DNA of 366 nt from Escherichia coli (lineage in GTDB: Bacteria; Pseudomonadota; Gammaproteobacteria; Enterobacterales; Enterobacteriaceae), in assembly GCF_003334305.1 (NCBI RefSeq), contig NZ_QOWS01000082.1, one strand, 5' to 3'. Position numbers and translations under genes: made by a program. The notes beneath the pieces are model-generated. The model ran no database searches. It was given only the letters and a program-made list of their open reading frames with translations, and was not told where the DNA came from. This document shows positions 1-366 of this stretch, in pieces; the first letter of the stretch is position 1; each line of letters opens with the position of its first letter.

Positions 1-62
1 AATTTGAGAGACTCACGAACAACTTTCGTTGTTCAGTGTTTCAATTTTCAGCTTGATCCAGA

Positions 63-75
63 TTTTTAAAGAGCA
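63..75 (-). promoter_or_regulatory. boxA-like antitermination motif of the rrn spacer (NusB/NusE binding-site type)
   Basis: Minus-strand sequence TGCTCTTTAAAAA (reverse complement of plus 63-75) differs at one position from the rrn leader boxA TGCTCTTTAACAA. It sits just downstream (in the transcript) of a hairpin, giving the boxB-then-boxA order typical of rrn and lambda nut antiterminators. Functional assignment rests on established knowledge of E. coli rrn operons. Confidence 0.7.
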
Positions 76-76
76 A

Positions 77-114
77 ATATCTCAAACATCACCCGAAGAT
101 GAGTTTTGAGATAT
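77..114 (-). promoter_or_regulatory. boxB-like RNA hairpin upstream of boxA in the spacer transcript
   Basis: Minus-strand RNA ATATCTCAAAACTCATC-UUCG-GGTGATGTTTGAGATAT folds into a 17-position stem capped by a UUCG tetraloop. It has one G-U wobble and a 2-nt internal mismatch (C-U, A-G), with 14 Watson-Crick pairs. Pairing was checked by hand. The boxB role is inferred from its position next to boxA. Confidence 0.5.
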
Positions 115-148
115 TAAGGCAGGTGACTTTCACTCACAAACCAGCAAG

Positions 149-224
149 TGGCGTCCCCTAGGGGATTCGAACCCCTGTTACCGCCGTGAAAGGGCGGTGT
201 CCTGGGCCTCTAGACGAAGGGGAC
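149..224 (-). tRNA. tRNA-Glu (anticodon UUC), complete 76 nt with encoded 3' CCA
   Basis: Reverse complement of 149-224 is GTCCCCTTCGTCTAGAGGCCCAGGACACCGCCCTTTCACGGCGGTAACAGGGGTTCGAATCCCCTAGGGGACGCCA. It has a 7-bp acceptor stem (GTCCCCT/AGGGGAC), anticodon loop CUUUCAC with anticodon UUC, T-arm GGTTCGAATCC and terminal CCA. This is identical to E. coli tRNA-Glu as I recall it. In E. coli the spacer copies are gltT/U/V/W; which copy this is cannot be determined from the window, so the symbol is left empty. Confidence 0.97.
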
Positions 225-309
225 GTATCAGTCTGCTTCGCAAGACGCCTTGCTTTTCACTTTCTATCAGACAATCTGTGTGAGCACTTCAAAGAACGCT
301 TCTTTAAGG
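225..309 (-). other. 16S-23S internal transcribed spacer, segment between the 16S 3' end and tRNA-Glu (85 nt)
   Basis: Lies between the mature 16S 3' end (310) and the tRNA 5' end (224) on the same strand. Minus-strand sequence begins CCTTAAAGAAGCGTTCTTTGAAGTGCTCACACAGATTGTCTGATAGAAAG..., which resembles enterobacterial spacer sequence as I recall it. Contains no ORF and is part of the pre-rRNA transcript. Confidence 0.9.
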
Positions 310-366
310 TAAGGAGGTGATCCAACCGCAGGTTCCCCTACGGTTACCTTGTTACGACTTCACCCC
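310..366 (-). rRNA. rrs: 16S ribosomal RNA, 3'-terminal 57 nt (partial; gene continues beyond the right edge of the window)
   Basis: Reverse complement of 310-366 reads GGGGTGAAGTCGTAACAAGGTAACCGTAGGGGAACCTGCGGTTGGATCACCTCCTTA, the canonical 3' end of bacterial 16S rRNA including the anti-Shine-Dalgarno CCUCC and terminal UUA. Match to the E. coli 16S terminus is from memory, not a database search. Confidence 0.96.

Larger units (their letters stand above)
1..148 (-). other. 16S-23S internal transcribed spacer, segment between tRNA-Glu and 23S rRNA (partial; 23S start lies beyond the left edge)
   Basis: Immediately 3' of the tRNA CCA on the minus strand. Minus-strand sequence reads CTTGCTGGTTTGTGAGTGAAAGTCACCTGCCTTAATATCTCAAAACTCATCTTCGGGTGATGTTTGAGATATTTGCTCTTTAAAAATCTGGATCAAGCTGAAAATTGAAACACTGAACAACGAAAGTTGTTCGTGAGTCTCTCAAATT, matching my recollection of the E. 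coli Glu-type spacer. No 23S 5' sequence is present, so the 23S gene is outside the window. Confidence 0.9.

Noticed and set aside
1-148. Possible Rho-independent terminator or promoter in the distal spacer
   Set aside because: The hairpins are not followed by a U-tract on the transcribed strand (the boxB-like hairpin is followed by UUGCUCUUUAAAAA, which is the boxA motif). No convincing -35/-10 pair was identified, and the region is internal to a processed polycistronic rRNA transcript.
100-165. Short plus-strand ORF starting ATG at 100 and ending at a TAG inside the tRNA gene (about 21 codons)
   Set aside because: It overlaps the antisense of the spacer hairpin and tRNA-Glu, is far too short, has no RBS, and lies wholly within a conserved rRNA operon transcript. 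It is a chance ORF.
149-224. Possibility that the tRNA marks an integration site (attB) for a genomic island or phage
   Set aside because: The tRNA is embedded in an intact spacer with 16S on one side and normal spacer sequence on the other. There is no direct repeat of the tRNA 3' end, no integrase, and no foreign sequence within the window.
240-253. Possible 5-bp hairpin (GCAAG-GCGU-CUUGC) just upstream of the tRNA 5' end in the transcript
   Set aside because: The stem is short and alternative pairings exist. It cannot be distinguished from chance or from generic RNase P/RNase E processing context without covariation data.
291-305. Small AT-rich hairpin (AAAGAA-GCG-TTCTTT) immediately 3' of the mature 16S end
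   Set aside because: The 6-bp stem is A/T-only with a 3-nt loop, so it is weak. In pre-rRNA this region is expected to pair long-range with the 16S leader to form the RNase III processing stem, so the local hairpin is probably not the relevant structure.
311-320. AAGGAGGTGA on the plus strand looks like a strong Shine-Dalgarno ribosome-binding site
   Set aside because: It is simply the complement of the 16S rRNA anti-Shine-Dalgarno tail (CCUCCUUA) on the minus strand. There is no downstream start codon with a plausible ORF in the remaining 46 nt, and the region is rRNA.

Overview
The whole window is the internal transcribed spacer of a ribosomal RNA operon, encoded on the minus strand (transcribed right to left in window coordinates). 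It holds the last 57 nt of 16S rRNA (310-366), an 85-nt spacer (225-309), a complete tRNA-Glu(UUC) gene (149-224), and the first 148 nt of the tRNA-to-23S spacer (1-148), which carries a boxB-like hairpin and a boxA antiterminator motif. The 16S tail and the tRNA match, base for base, the Escherichia coli sequences as I remember them, so the source is most likely Enterobacteriaceae (Escherichia/Shigella-like); I could not run a database search to confirm. There is no protein-coding gene, mobile element or CRISPR array, and I find no evidence of a novel or undescribed system: this is a highly conserved, well-understood locus. The findings below are accordingly low-interest.
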